A stretch of DNA of 64,000 nt from Malacoraja senta (taxonomy: Eukaryota), in contig CM075990.1 of the NCBI GenBank assembly GCA_038087875.1, positions 9,922,001 through 9,986,000 on the forward strand, written 5' to 3'. Below the pieces are notes generated by a model. The model was not told where the DNA came from and did no database searches. It was given only the letters and a program-made list of their open reading frames with translations. Below are positions 12,136 through 24,799 of the stretch, in pieces. A program made the position numbers and the translations under genes. Every line of letters begins with the position of its first letter. The first letter of the stretch is position 1.

Positions 12136-12504
12136 ACACATTCAACAGGTAACCATGGTGAAAATGATGGCAGCTTTCTCACCAAGTACCAAGTACCTAG
12201 AACCTTCATGCCATCTCTTACCTGTGACCTCAAGTAACTGTATTGAGTAGTAAGTAACTTTGCGCAGAGTTTACTGACCGTACCTGATCTAATATTTCAT
12301 TCATTTGTCTCCACCTTATAGGTTCCCTTGTCTTAGTGACCTGACAACACTCCTTCAACAGTATTCTAGCCCTCCCGATCCCTGAACTCCACCTGGATGG
12401 AAAAGGCACCTTATAGCCACCAATTCAAGGGCAATCGAGGATGGGTAATTAATATTTACATTGCCAATAACTCCCATATCTCAAGAAGATTACAAGCTCT
12501 CTAC

Positions 12505-12722
12505 AGAGTTTGTACGTTCTCCCCGTGACCACATAGGTTTCTCCGGGAGCTCTGGTTTCCTCCCACACACCAAAGATCTACAGGTTTGTAGGTTAATTGG
12601 CTTCGGAAATTTTTTTAAATTGTCCCTAGTGTGAGCAGGATAGTGTTAGTGTGCGGGGTTGGCTGGTCGGCACGGACTCGGCGGGGCCTGTTTCCACGTT
12701 GTATCTCTAAACTAAACTAAAC
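12505..12722 (+). mobile_element. 5'-truncated HE1-type V-SINE
   Basis: V-domain plus tail ending in (taaac)n. Confidence 0.8.
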
Positions 12723-12828
12723 ATGTTAATGGCGTGAGGAAGAGGTGCAAGAAGATTATGTGGAGCATGGGTCTATTTGGAGTAGATCACCTGCTCCTAT
12801 GAAGTAAACCCAATGAGGTTCAACATAC

Positions 12829-12984
12829 CTTGATATTAACGCAGTCTTGCAATCCTAGTTCCTCGATGATTTGGTTCACCTTTTGTTGCTTCTGTTCAGC
12901 CGTGTGGTCTTTGCTGGAGAGGCGAAGGTTAGCAGAAAACTCCAGATTTTCCCTGACAGTTAATGTTCCCCTCAATATGTCATC
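12829..12984 (-). CDS. ABCG2: ABCG2-like coding exon 4
   Basis: 156 nt, taacag|...|gtatgt; [52 protein letters not shown]. Confidence 0.96.
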
Positions 12985-13294
12985 CTGTTATTGAGCAAAG
13001 TATGATTTATTTATTCTTCAGAAGTTGTGCACATTTTTGAACTGAAAGCCAATTTGAGCTCAACATGTTATTCTGGATTTCAGCTCCATCCTCTGGACTG
13101 TGGCCCACAGTCCCTGATCTCATCTCTTTGGGGAACCAGTACAGAGAGGCGTGGAGGCTGGTGTAGACCAGCCGTTATCGTATTGAATGGTGGGGCAGGC
13201 TTGTGGGGCCACTCCTGTTCCTGTTTTCATGTGTGCTTGTTAAAATAATTGCAATATTATGTTGACTTCAATAAAATCGCATGATGCAATGGAT

Positions 13295-13590
13295 GTCATA
13301 GCCTCAGAATTAAAGGACGTTCTTTTAGGATGGAGATGAGGAGAAATTTATTTAGTCAGAGGGTGGTGAATCTCTGGAATTCTTTGTCACATAAGGCTAT
13401 AGAGGTCAAGTCAGTGGATATTTTTAAGGCAGAGATAGATGATTCTTGATTAGTACAGGTGTCAGAGGTTATGGGGTGAAGGCTGGAGAATGTGGTTAGG
13501 AGGGAGAGATAGATCAGCCATGATTGAATGGTGGAGTAGACTTGATGGGTCGAATGGCCTTATTCTACTCCTATTCGGTATGATCTTATG
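13295..13590 (+). mobile_element. CR1 LINE 3' fragment
   Basis: Closely similar to the CR1 3' end at 33425-33872. Confidence 0.75.
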
Positions 13591-14055
13591 TCCTTATGGA
13601 TGACCATTATTATAGAAATAGCTCCCCTCATGCCATTATCAGAGACTGAACACCAGCCTCCCACACCAGGAGGTGATGGGGTACTTTAGTCTTGAATTAG
13701 AGATTTACTATAAGCCAAATATATCTTGCTATTTTGAATTCTTTACACAATGTGTTGCTGTAGCAGAGCGGATGCTGGAATATTAGATAACTGGAATATC
13801 AATGATGTGTCTTTGGAAAGATGTAGTTTACTTGAGTTTTGATATTTTGGGACTGGATAAAGTAGAAAATGACTTGTGAAATAAGCAGAGATTGCACAAG
13901 TGATCACTTGGACGTTTTTTCCAGCGAGCTTTCCCAGCAGGTAATTCTCTAAACACCTTCCAGAGTTCTCATGGGCATGGCAGGAGAGTGGATTGGAGAG
14001 TAGAAATTTGGTCAGGATCTTGCTGAAAGGTGAACAGATGCAAAGGGGGAGCAAG

Positions 14056-14592
14056 CCTGAACATCTTCGCTCAGCCCGCCTGGACCTACCTAATCTCCCG
14101 GTTGCTAAACACTTTAATTCTCCTTCCCATTCCTACACAGACCTTTCTGTCCTAGGTCTCCTCCATTGTCAGAATGAAGCTAAACGCAAATTGGAGGAAC
14201 AGCATCTCATATTTCGCTTGGGCAGCTTACAGCCCAGTGTTATGATCCTTGATTTCTCTCACTTCAGGTAGCCCCGGCATTCCCTCTCTCTTAATCCTTC
14301 CCCCACCCAAGTCGCACTAGCTTCTCATTTTCACCCAACAAACAGCTAACAATGGCCTGTTTCCTTTATCATCGTTACTCTTTTGCATACAGTATCTTTT
14401 ATTCATTGTTATTTATCTCTCTACATCATCGTCTATATCTCTTGTTTCCCTTATCCGTAAGTCTGAAGAAGGGTCTTGACCCAAAATGTCACCTATTCTT
14501 TCTCTCCAGAGATGCTGCCTGTCCCGCTGAGTTACTCCAGCTTATTGTGTCTATCTTCGGTTTAAACCATCATCTGCAGTTCCTTCCTGCAC
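14056..14592 (+). mobile_element. Penelope-like element 3' end (GIY-YIG endonuclease C-terminus plus terminal repeat)
   Basis: EHLRSARLDLPNLPVAKHFNSPSHS...KRKLEEQHLIFRLGSLQPS; followed by the repeat with a degenerate hammerhead core at about 14463-14490. Confidence 0.8.
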
Positions 14593-15395
14593 ATATCATA
14601 TTTGATAATGATCGTGGGATGTACGTACTTTGGAACATTTTGCTAAGTTTACGACACTGTATAAATGTACCTTTTCCCTTTTGCAAAGGTGTTGCATCTG
14701 GGCTTCTTCTGGTACTATGTTGCGGTGTCGTTAAATTCACTCAGAACTGGACAGTGGAGAAACATCTGCTAATAGTGGAATTGGCTCTTCAATTGAACTT
14801 AACAAAGTGTAATGAAATGACAGTGCTTTACGGTAATAACAATGCACACCCTAACTAAAGTGGTGCATTCCTTAGCTGTTAATGGACACCATGCTATGAT
14901 AATTCTCACATGGGGCACACCTCTGTGCTGTACAAAGGTAAGTGTGTGAATCCCAGACAGTCAGCTTCCTGGTGTGTGGTAGGGCCACAACAATGATGCA
15001 CTTAGATGATCGGTAACCTCCATATGAAGCAAACATTGGAAGGAATATTGCCTGAGTCAGGACACTACAGTCATTTGAGAATAGCTTGACACTGTAGATG
15101 TTGGTCAGTTCCAAGGTTGTGATCAAATGGATTTAAGTTTCATTTAAAGGAACACTGTGATTCAATTGATGAATGAGTCAAGTCATTTTTGACTTCAAAA
15201 AAATGATTTAAAGTCATTTGAAATTAGGGGATACCTTGCTATTCCATTGAATATTGGAGAATGCATTCATAGAATTCTTATTAATGGCTTGGATCATCAT
15301 GTGTGTTAAATCAGAAAGAAGATGAATCAATGAGCAAGGTATAAATATCCTAATGTTAAGCCAAACCAAAGACCAAATTGGATTGTAACTCTCAC

Positions 15396-15513
15396 CTGCA
15401 CGACATAGGCAGACTGTAGATTAAAGTTTGCAGCCAACACTTGTCCATTCAGCAGAACCTTGCCTGATCTGAACCCTTTGGGATCTTTCCGGCTTGCCAA
15501 CACATCTAGAAGC
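15396..15513 (-). CDS. ABCG2: ABCG2-like coding exon 3 (Q-loop)
   Basis: 118 nt, aatcag|...|gtgaga; LLDVLASRKDPKGFRSGKVLLNGQVLAANFNLQSAYVVQ; separated from the previous exon by a 96-nt intron. Confidence 0.96.
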
Positions 15514-15609
15514 CTGATTAAAGAAAGGAAAGGCAGTCTTTAAACAAGAAGTATCACCCAGGTAATTATCGGTAACTGTGATATTCATGGTTACTGGGAT
15601 ATGACTCAC

Positions 15610-15669
15610 GATGTCTTGCCGCTTCCTGTGGGTCCCAGGATAGCATTCAAGCCGGGTTTCATGATTCCA
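15610..15669 (-). CDS. ABCG2: ABCG2-like coding exon 2 (Walker A)
   Basis: 60 nt, ttttag|...|gtgagt; GIMKPGLNAILGPTGSGKT(S) contains Walker A GPTGSGKT. Confidence 0.97.
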
Positions 15670-17009
15670 CTAAAAGGAGAGAGACATCTTCAGTGACATC
15701 CAATAAATACACTGTACTTTGATTCACACCCACTCCCACTGACTTTAGGCCCAACTTGCAGAACAACACCTTGCAAGTGTGCAGAAAGGAACTGCAAATG
15801 CTGATTTATACCGAAGATAGACACAAATTGCTGGAGTAACTCAGCAGGTCAAGCAGCATCTATGGAGAGAAAGGATGGGTGACGTTTTGGGTCGGAACCC
15901 TTCTTCAGATCCACAACATCTCACAAGTTATCTGTTATCTGTTCACCATCTGTTATCAGTTTCTGAACAGTCCTTCCTTAAGCTGGGATGCTGTCCAATT
16001 CACCTCTACCCTATTGCAGACATTGGACTTTGTCGATGGAACTGATGCTCTACAATGCTGAGAACTATATTCCCCTTTGGTCTACCTATTGTACATGACA
16101 TTGACGATTGTATTTATGCAAAGTATTATCTGCTCTGATTGGAAAGCATGCAATACAAAGCTTTTCATTGTACCTTGGTACACGTGAAAATAATAAACCT
16201 AAATGTAAATCTAATTTTCCAAATGATGATATTGCAGCCATGTGGATTCATTATCAAATTATCCACTTTTTGAGGATTAATTCTTTCTTTCTTTCTACTT
16301 CAGAACCAGCCATTTCTGATGGTCCTCATGTTAGCGTAGTTTTACTCATTCTACTTGCATTGGCTGGCTTAGCTCACAGCCTCACCATTTGTTATATATC
16401 ACACATACAAAGAAGCTTAATGTGTTGATCACTGCGCTCGGTAACTATTCAGAGATATTCCCATTGCTATACATATACCTCCCACCTTCTCGCTACTGAA
16501 ACCTAACTTGTTTTATTTCTTGCTGGAGCCACAAGAGACAGCAAATGCTGGAATCTTGAGCAAAACACAACATGCTGGAGGAACTCAGCAGGTCAGGCAG
16601 CATCTGGGGAGGGAATGACAGACAACCTTTCAGCTGTAGTTCCTCCAGTACTGTGTTTGGATTTTCTCCCTTTTCCAGTTCTGACGAAGGGTCTATTGAC
16701 AGTTTCTTTGTCCACAGATGCTGACTGACTGTTGAGTCGTGCAAACATTTTCTATTTTTGTTTCAAAGTTTCCAGCAAATGCAGTTTTTTAAATTATCAA
16801 TTGCGCTCCTCATATCTGAAAGCTATATCATTATAAAGTAAATTATGGGTGACGGACCTTTAAATACTATCAACACCATTCTGCAACCTTTGGATCTATT
16901 TAGTGATGCAGCTATTAACACACCTCAGTTGACTTTGAGATCAATGTAATGCATTCAATCTGCCATTGGTTTTATTTTCCCCTTATTCGGGAGATGGTTG
17001 AAAATACAT

Positions 17010-17520
17010 ACAACATAGAACAGGACAGCACAGGAACAGGCACTTCAGCTCACATTGTCTGTGCTGAACACTATACTAAGACCAACTAATCTGCCTGCAC
17101 ATAATCCTTAACCCTGCATTCCCTTCATATCCATGTGCCTATCTAAAAGTCTCTTAACTTCCACCAGTGTACCTGCCTCAATCACCACCCCTGGCAGCAC
17201 ATTCCAGCTACTCACCACCCTCTGTGTGCAAAACTTGCCCCGCACATCTCCTTTAAACCTTGCCTCTCTCACTTTTAAGCTGTGCCCTCATATTTAATAT
17301 TTCCACACTGGCAAAATGGTTTGGACTGTCTACCATATCTGTGCCTCTCATAATTTTATATGCTTCTATCGGATCTCTCCTCAACCGCCTGCATTCCAGA
17401 AAAAATAATCCAAGTCTGTCCAATCTCTCCCAACAGCTGAAACCCCCTAAAGTAAGTACCATTCTGGTAAACCTCCTCTAATATTCAGTCAACAAACCTC
17501 CAACAAACCTCTCCACATCT
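17010..17520 (-). mobile_element. CR1 LINE 3' fragment
   Basis: ERLDRLGLFFLECRRLRRDPIEAYKIMRG is a typical CR1 ORF2 C-terminus. Confidence 0.85.
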
Positions 17521-17609
17521 TTACTTCTCTGTCCCCCTTCAAATCAGATTTGTTTCTTACCATCTGGGCTAAAGGCTCCTTTGCAGCAGTGTTCTGTTTT
17601 CTATGTAAG

Positions 17610-19200
17610 AGTTATTTCATTCCAAAGAGGTGGAAAGATTCTAAGGGGAGTGAGAGGCAAATGTGGCAGACAAAGGAAGTCAAGGACAGTGTAAAACTAA
17701 AAGAGAAGACATATAACATAGCAAAGATGAGCAGGAAGCGAGAGGTTTGGGAAACTTTTAAAGAACAACATAAGGCAACTAAAAAGGCAATACAGGGAGA
17801 AAAGATGAAGCACGAAGGCAAGCTAACCAAGAATATAAAGGAGGATAGTAAACGCTTCTTTAGGTATGTGATAAGGACAAGAGTGGGTCCATTGAAGACA
17901 GAAACAGGTGAATTTATTATGGGGAACAAGGAAATGGCAGACAAGTTGAACAGGTACTTTGGTTCTGTCTTCACTAAGGAAGCCATAAATAATCTCCCAG
18001 ATGTACGAGGAGACAGAGGATCTAGGGTGACGGAGGAACTGAAGGAAATTCACATTAGGCAGGAAATGGTGTTGGGTAGACTGATGGGACTGAAGACTGA
18101 TAAATCCCCAGGGCCTGATGTTCTGCATTCCAGGACACTTAAGGAGGTGGCTCTAGAAATCGTGGATGCACTGGTGATCATTTTCCAAAGTTCTACAGAT
18201 ACTGGATCAGTTCCTGTGGATTGGAGGGTAGTTAATGTTATCCCACTTTTTAAGAAAGGAGAGAAAGCAGGGAATTATAGACCAGTTAGCCTGACATCCT
18301 GAAGATGCTGGAGCCAATTATTAAAGATGTAATAGCGTCACATTTGGATAGCAGTAACAGGATCGGTCCAAGTCAGCATGGATTTACGAAGGGGAAATCT
18401 TGCTTGACTAATCTTTTGGAATTTTTTGAGGATGTAAAAAGTAAAATGGATAAGGGAGAGCCAGTGGATGTAGTGTATCTGGACTTTCAGAAAGCCTTTG
18501 ATAAGATCCCGCACAGGAGATTAGTGGGCAAAATTAGAGCACATGGTATTGGGGGTAGGGTATTGACATGGATAGAAAATTGGTTGGCAGACAGGAAACA
18601 GAATAGGAATTAACAGGTCCTTTCTGAATGGCAGGTAGTGACTAGTGGGGTACCGCAAGGCTCAGTGCTGGGACCGCAGCTATTTACAATATATATTAAT
18701 GATTTAGATGAAGGAATTCAAAGTAACATTAGCAAATTTGATGATGATACAAAGCTGGGTGGCAGTGTGAACTGTGAAGAGGATGCTATGAGGATGCAGG
18801 GTGACTTGGATAGGTTGGGTGAGTGGGCAGATGCATGGCAGATGCAGTATAATGTGGATAAATGTTAGGTAATCTAGTTTGGTGAAGGCAAGAACAAGAA
18901 GGCAGATTATTATCTGAATGGTGTCAGGTTAGGAAAAGGGGAAGTACGAGACCTGGGTGTCCTTGTGCATCAGTCACTGAAAGTAAGCATGCAGGTACAA
19001 CAGGCAGTCAAGAAAGCTAATGGCATGTTGGCCTTCATAAGAGAGGAGTTGAGTATTGGAGCAAAGAAATCCTTCTGCAGTTGTTCAGGGCCCTGGTGAG
19101 AGCACACCTGGAGTATTGTGTGCAGTAATTTGAGGAAGGACATTCTTGCTATTGAGGGAGAGCAGCTTGGGTTCACGAGGCTAATTCCCGGAATGGTGGG
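17610..19200 (+). mobile_element. CR1 LINE ORF2 fragment (reverse transcriptase), antisense within ABCG2-like intron 1
   Basis: KSPGPD, NYRPVSLTS, QHGFTKGKSCLTNLLEFF, YLDFQKAFD, GVPQGSVLGP, SKFDDDTKL; broken by stops and frameshifts. Confidence 0.95.
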
Positions 19201-19229
19201 AAGAGGACGAGTGATCCAAATAGAGATGA

Positions 19230-19930
19230 TTTACTGTTAAACCTGTTTATGAAGAATGGGGTAGTTTAACACGCCCGTGAGTCCGGCTGCCTGAACGGGA
19301 GGAACGGAGTGCGGCTCCCGACCACCCCACGTTCACCATGAGCAGAGTTGCTCCGAGGTTCAGAGCTGTTCTGGTCATTACTGGTGCAAAACCCCGAGCG
19401 CCATCCGGAGCCAAGCTGCGGTTCTCAGATCCACCCCAAGCCCTTCTACCTGACTCCACGCAGGATTTCTTTCTTCGTTCTCCTCAGGTAGGAAGTCGTT
19501 GCAACGTTCACCACGTATCGGACGTCGTCGAAAGTCAGAATTGGACCTGGGAGCTGCAAACGGGTGTCTTTCCCATCCTCATTCTGCGCTGCCGCCGGAT
19601 CCATTTTTCAGACTTGCATTTACCTTCAGTACCTGACTGAGCAAAGGTGAACATCTTATCTTAAAAACACAATAAATCATGAGAGATTGCCAGGCGTATT
19701 TCTGGTTGTAACCCACAGTGAGCCTATCCCAGGTGAGAATTCACAGTCATGTATTTTTCCGCAGATAGTGGTCGATCAGCGCAAGATGTCTGTTGCAAAT
19801 AATTCCTTCTTATTGTAACGTTGTTGTCTCAGAGGAAAAACGCCACTGGAGTTACCGTTACAGGTCCATTGTTTCCCGTCCCCAAAGGGAGTCGATGAAT
19901 TTAGAGTGCCCGTGAAAAGTCCCGACCCGA
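19230..19930. promoter_or_regulatory. CpG-rich region over the ABCG2-like first coding exon (candidate promoter/CpG island)
   Basis: Visibly high CpG density in non-repeat sequence compared with the CpG-depleted introns. Confidence 0.5.
19450..19604 (-). CDS. ABCG2: ABCG2-like transporter, first coding exon (ATG at 19604)
   Basis: Translates MDPAAAQNEDGKDTRLQLPGPILTFDDVRYVVNVATTSYLRRTKKEILRGV(S), matching the ABCG2 N-terminal 'LSFHNICY...KEILSNI' segment; donor AG|gtagaa, phase 2; in-frame stop 2 codons upstream of the ATG. Confidence 0.88.
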
Positions 19931-19964
19931 AACATCACCTCCACAGATGCTGCCCAACCCACGA

Positions 19965-20320
19965 AGTTTAGCTTATTTCAGAGATACAGCGTGGAAACAG
20001 GTCCTTCGGCCCATCTAGTCCGCACCGATCATCGATCACCAGTTGGAAGTCACAACATGCTGGAGTAACTCAGCAGGACAGGCAGCATCTCTGGAGAGAA
20101 GGAATGGGTGACGTTTCGGGTCGAGAGCCTTCTTCAGACTCCAGTGTACACAAGTTCTGTGTCCTACACACTCGGGGGCAATTTACAGAAACCAATTATG
20201 CACGTCTTTGTCATGCGGTCACAGGGAGAACATACAAACTCCGTACAGACAGCTCCCGTTGTCAGGATCGAACCCGGGTCTGTGGCACTGTAAGGCAGCA
20301 GCTCTGCGCTAGGCCACCCA
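19965..20320 (-). mobile_element. HE1-type SINE with nested Penelope terminal repeat
   Basis: SINE tail at 19965-20040 and head at 20150-20320 on the minus strand, interrupted by the tgctggagtaactcagc... repeat. Confidence 0.65.
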
Positions 20321-20500
20321 ATGAGTTACTCAAAGCACATTGTGTATTTTATTCTGCTGTGTTGTAATATTACTGGGTTGTGGTCTCTCACTTTACAGTC
20401 CAAACAGCTGTCCAACCAAAAATATTATTTGTTGGGGATCGTACCTATTTTCGACCCAAATTCCACCTGTTAGTAAATTCAGACTCAAAACATCTTTGCA

Positions 20501-21018
20501 TAGGCCTGTCCCACTTAGGCGATTTTTTCGGCGACTGCCGGCGACTGTCATAGTTGTAGCAGGTCGCCGAAAAACCAGCGACTGGACTAATGGGCCTGTC
20601 CCTTAGGCGATTTTGTTAGGCGACTGCCGGTGAATACGACATTGAAATTCACCGGTCAGCACCGGCGACAACCTACGTCACCTGGCGACAACCTATGACA
20701 TCCTGTCGACAACTGGCAACATCCTGGCGACACCCTACGACATCCTGGCGACTGCCTACATTAATCTGGTGACAACCTACGACAGCACCTACATCAAGCT
20801 ACGCTCATTTGGCGTCAAACCCAAGGACGCCACTGTTGCCAAAAAATGTTCAACATGTTGAAAATTTTATCGGCAACCAGAAAGATGCTACGACTCTTTG
20901 GGCGACCGAGGAGACTACTCACGACCATACAGGCGACACCCCGGTGACCACCGGCAACCATGTGACAACCGCATAGTCTCCTGTAGTCGCCTAAAAAGTT
21001 GCCTGTGGGACAGGCGCA
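20501..21018. mobile_element. Harbinger-type MITE with duplicated left end
   Basis: Left TIR ggcctgtccc(ac)ttaggcgatttt at both 20501 and 20591; right TIR gtgggacaggcgca ending at 21018; internal repeats of ggcgacaacctacga. Confidence 0.75.
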
Positions 21019-21586
21019 TTAGGATTATGGGTCAAGTAATAAGCTGGACTCGAGACTCAAGGAACTGCAGTCCGAAGAAGGGCCAAAACGCCGCCTATTC
21101 ATTTCCTCTACAAATGCTGCCTGACCCGCTGAGTTACTTCAACACGTGTATTAAATTAGACTGATAATCTTACAGGCCTTGGGCTAATGGTCTTGAGCAC
21201 CCACATGTTCCTGATTGTATCAATCCATCTTGGCAATCAAGAAAATTATTTATAAACCACTTATATCACACATCTCACTTCAGCCCACTGAGCTATTTTA
21301 CTGCTTAAAGTGCAATGATAAATGTACGCTACTATTGTAGACTGTTATATTCTTAGAATTGGAAATATATTTGTCTTCTACACATCTTTTATCAAATGTC
21401 AGCAGCTGGATATTTAATTTTCTTGAAAGATTTGTATAAAGCTCAACTGATTCATGAAGAACAACATGCAACTGAACCACAAAAATAAAATGTTTTGCAA
21501 TACTAACAAGGTCCACAGAGTGGCGCCTGTGGATCACTCTTCGAGATGTTGGCAAAACCATCCCAGCATCCGATCCTCACCGAACC

Positions 21587-21806
21587 AGATAGACACAAAA
21601 TGCTGGAGTAACTCAGCGGGACAGGCAGCATCTCTGGAGAGAAGGAATGGGTGACATTTTGGGTCGAGACCCTTCTTCAGACTGAATGGGTGACGTTTCG
21701 GCTCTCCCATTACTTCTCTCCAGAGATGCTGCCTGTCCCGCTGAGTTACTCCAGCATATTGTGTCTATCTTCGGTTCAAACCAGCATCTGCAGTTCCTTC
21801 CTACAC
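21587..21806. mobile_element. Palindromic Penelope-derived terminal-repeat element
   Basis: Inverted arms agatagacacaaaatgctggagtaactcagcgggacaggcagcatctctggagagaag and their reverse complement. Confidence 0.75.
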
Positions 21807-23139
21807 TCTCCTCACTGAACCCTATTCCTTCTCCTTGTTTAGCAATCAACGGCCATTGTTTGGTGTCAAGGGATCATGTTGATGCACACATAGCCTTATA
21901 TTACACAATAATTTGTTTTTGAAGTTATTTTTACATGATGAAAGCATAGTATGAAATCTATCGAGAGATATTTTGTTCCTATCGATATAAAACAGACATG
22001 ATGAGTAAGTAGTCCTTCCAGTCTTGCATCTATACCTGTAAGAACACAGTTATGCTCAACAGAGATTTGTGTCCCATGACGCTGTTCATTTGTTGCATTG
22101 TTTAACATTGGTCTTGACAAGATCTCCCCTGAAAAGCTGTGATCATATTTTATCCTGATCAGGTGTGGGTTTCCGTCGGGTGATCCAATTTCCTCCCAAT
22201 GATGTGCGGGTTTGTAGAATAATTTGCCTCTGTAAAATTGCCCCTAATTTGTAGCGTGTGGATGAGAAAGTGGGATAACGTAGAACTAATGTGGTGATCA
22301 ATGGTTGGCACAGATTTAATGGGCCAGATTTGATACCATTCACCGGGACCTAATTCGTACTGATGTCAGGGTTTATGGGGAGAAGGCAGGAGAATGGGGT
22401 TAGGAGGAAGAGATAGCGCAGCCATGATTGAATGGTGGAGTAGATCTGATGGGCCGAATGGCCTAATTCTGCTCCTGTCACTTATGACCTTTTCACCCGC
22501 CGCATCCAAACGCAATGTGTAGGAAGGAACTGCAGATGCTGGTTTATACTGAAGATAGATACAAAGTGCTGGAGTAACTCTGCATTCAAACGCAATGGCA
22601 GTACCAAATGCGTGGAGCAGCCACTCAGAGTTAAGATATCTCAAAGCGAACTGGGATGTAAAGAACATAGATGATAACCAACAAAAAGAGAAATGATGGA
22701 TTATGTTGGAACAGCCAGTCAAACTGTATCTGTGGGTGAAAAACAGCTCATGAAAAACCCATGAGCTGTAAAATGTACAAAGAATAAAAATTAAGTGGAA
22801 TATCTCCAGTTCTGTCATCCATGACACTGCCATTTTCCAATATGTTTGAAAGAACAATTGGGTGGCACATTGGCACAGCTGGTGGAGCCGCTTCACCACA
22901 CCAGAGACCCGGTTTAACCAGGGTTAAATTACACGCGAGACATTGCCCGCACAAGGGCTATGGTCTGTGTAGGAAATGTATGCTAATGGTCCCTTTGACG
23001 GATGTTTTTGAGATATTTAGGGGAACTAAGAGGAAAGATAGAGAGAAACTGTTCTGGCTACTCTAGATTAGTCACCAATATCCAAACATTAGAGGTAGTC
23101 TTATCAGAAACACTTTTTCATAAAATGAGCAGTAGTAAA

Positions 23140-23995
23140 AAAGACACAAAGTGCTGGAGTGACTCAGAGGGCCAGGCAACATCTCTGGAGAACACGGACA
23201 GGCAATTGGAGAACATGGACAGGCAATATTTCAGGCAATATTCCTCCGACTGATTGTGCTGGTAGGGTGAGGGGGGTGTGGCGGGGGGGGGGAGTGGACA
23301 GAAAACTGAAAGAGCGGACAAAGCTTGGCCAGTGGTACGTTGATTCAGAAAGGACTGGGTTTTGATAAGCTGATGATGGATTAAGGCCAGCATTGAAAAA
23401 ACAAAATGTGTGAGATAAGAATATAAAGATAGAGGAGGCATGAAATGTAAAGACAAAGCAAGGAATGTAGGTGGAAGGAATGCAGGAAGCATATAGGGAG
23501 AAATTGGTGCACATCCATGAGGGCACAGGCAAGAGCGAGGTAAAATGGGGAAGGGGAGATGCAGAGGGTTTATTTGAAGGTTAGTTACCTAAAATTGGAG
23601 AATTCAATATTGATATCACTTTCATGATATAAGCTACTGGTAACAACTTCTCTTTTGAGAAGCAAGGAGAGGGTAGAATTACATTTCATGTTTTTCTTCA
23701 TTCCTTACAATGCAATGTACGACAGTGATCACAACTTCTACTGAAGTGTGGATGGCCGTTGGCTCGCTAGAAGCTCATCCGCCCTTTGACAGGTCTTGTT
23801 TTTGGTCCTGCTGGGGGTCCAGAGCCCCCTCCTCACCTAGCAAACCAGGTGGGGGAGACGGTTTAGTCGCCGACTATCCGACCATGGAGCAGGTAGCACG
23901 GGATTACATGGTACCCGTGGCGGGGGGGAACTCCCCCCGACCTGAACTTGTAAGCTACCCAAGCCAAATATGAGGTACTTTTCATCCAGTTTGAC
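23140..23995 (-). mobile_element. Penelope-like 3' fragment interrupted by a ~330-bp insertion (about 23621-23948)
   Basis: Penelope homology stops at ...gatatcact (23620) and resumes at tgtaagctacccaagc (about 23949). Confidence 0.6.
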
Positions 23996-24799
23996 TGGAA
24001 ATGTCCAAATGTCAGTGAACGCTATGTTGGAGGTGGATGTGTTGAACTGTCACCTGGCTGATGGACACTTGGTAGTTGGAAATCCTACCTGAACATATTT
24101 GGCAAGATTCAAAATGGAAACTTTTGCTCCAAGATAACAAAGTAAATTCTGCACACAACCTATTCCTGGGAAGCAAGACATTGACAAACAGGAACCCAGA
24201 GGAAGCTACTACATCATGAGGTCTTTAATGTGACCTCTTTTAAAGGTGCAAATATTCAGACATTTTTGCTCCAGAGAGTGGGAGAGTGTACTTTGTCACT
24301 TGTCAATAAGATGCAATGGGTGACCTACAAATTACCCAAAGCCCACAGAACGGTGGATCCATGATCATTTATTAGTCGAGAGATGAGATGGAAATATTGC
24401 CATTTCTACAGTGCCTTTCACCATCGAAGGGTGTCCCAACACACTTCACACCAAATTACTAGCTTTCAGATGTAGTCAGTATTGTAATGGAGGGTTGGGT
24501 CATCAAATGATGGACGGCACAACAATTGTTATGTTCAAGGTACACAGAAATGCTGGAGAAACTCAGCGGGTGCAGCAGCATCTATGGAGCGAAGGAAATA
24601 GGCAATGTTTCAGGCCGAAACCCTTCTTCAGACATGTTATGTTCAAACAGCTCTCTATCTTCAGAATAGTGATGGAGAGTGTTGACAACAGTTCTCCATT
24701 CACATCCACCTGATGCTTAGTTAGATTTTGTTGGGTGTATTCAGCCTCAGGTTCTCGGCATAGTGATGGTCCAAATAATGGTGGGTGAGAATTACTGCA

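Noticed and set aside
20640..20800. Repeated ggcgacaacctacga units as a possible CRISPR-like array
   Set aside because: No unique spacers; internal repeats of a TIR-bounded MITE in eukaryotic DNA
22036..22130. Possible upstream coding exon (MLNNATNEQ...) for the ABCG2-like gene
   Set aside because: Its phase does not join the ABCG2 frame and an in-frame stop precedes the ATG at 19604
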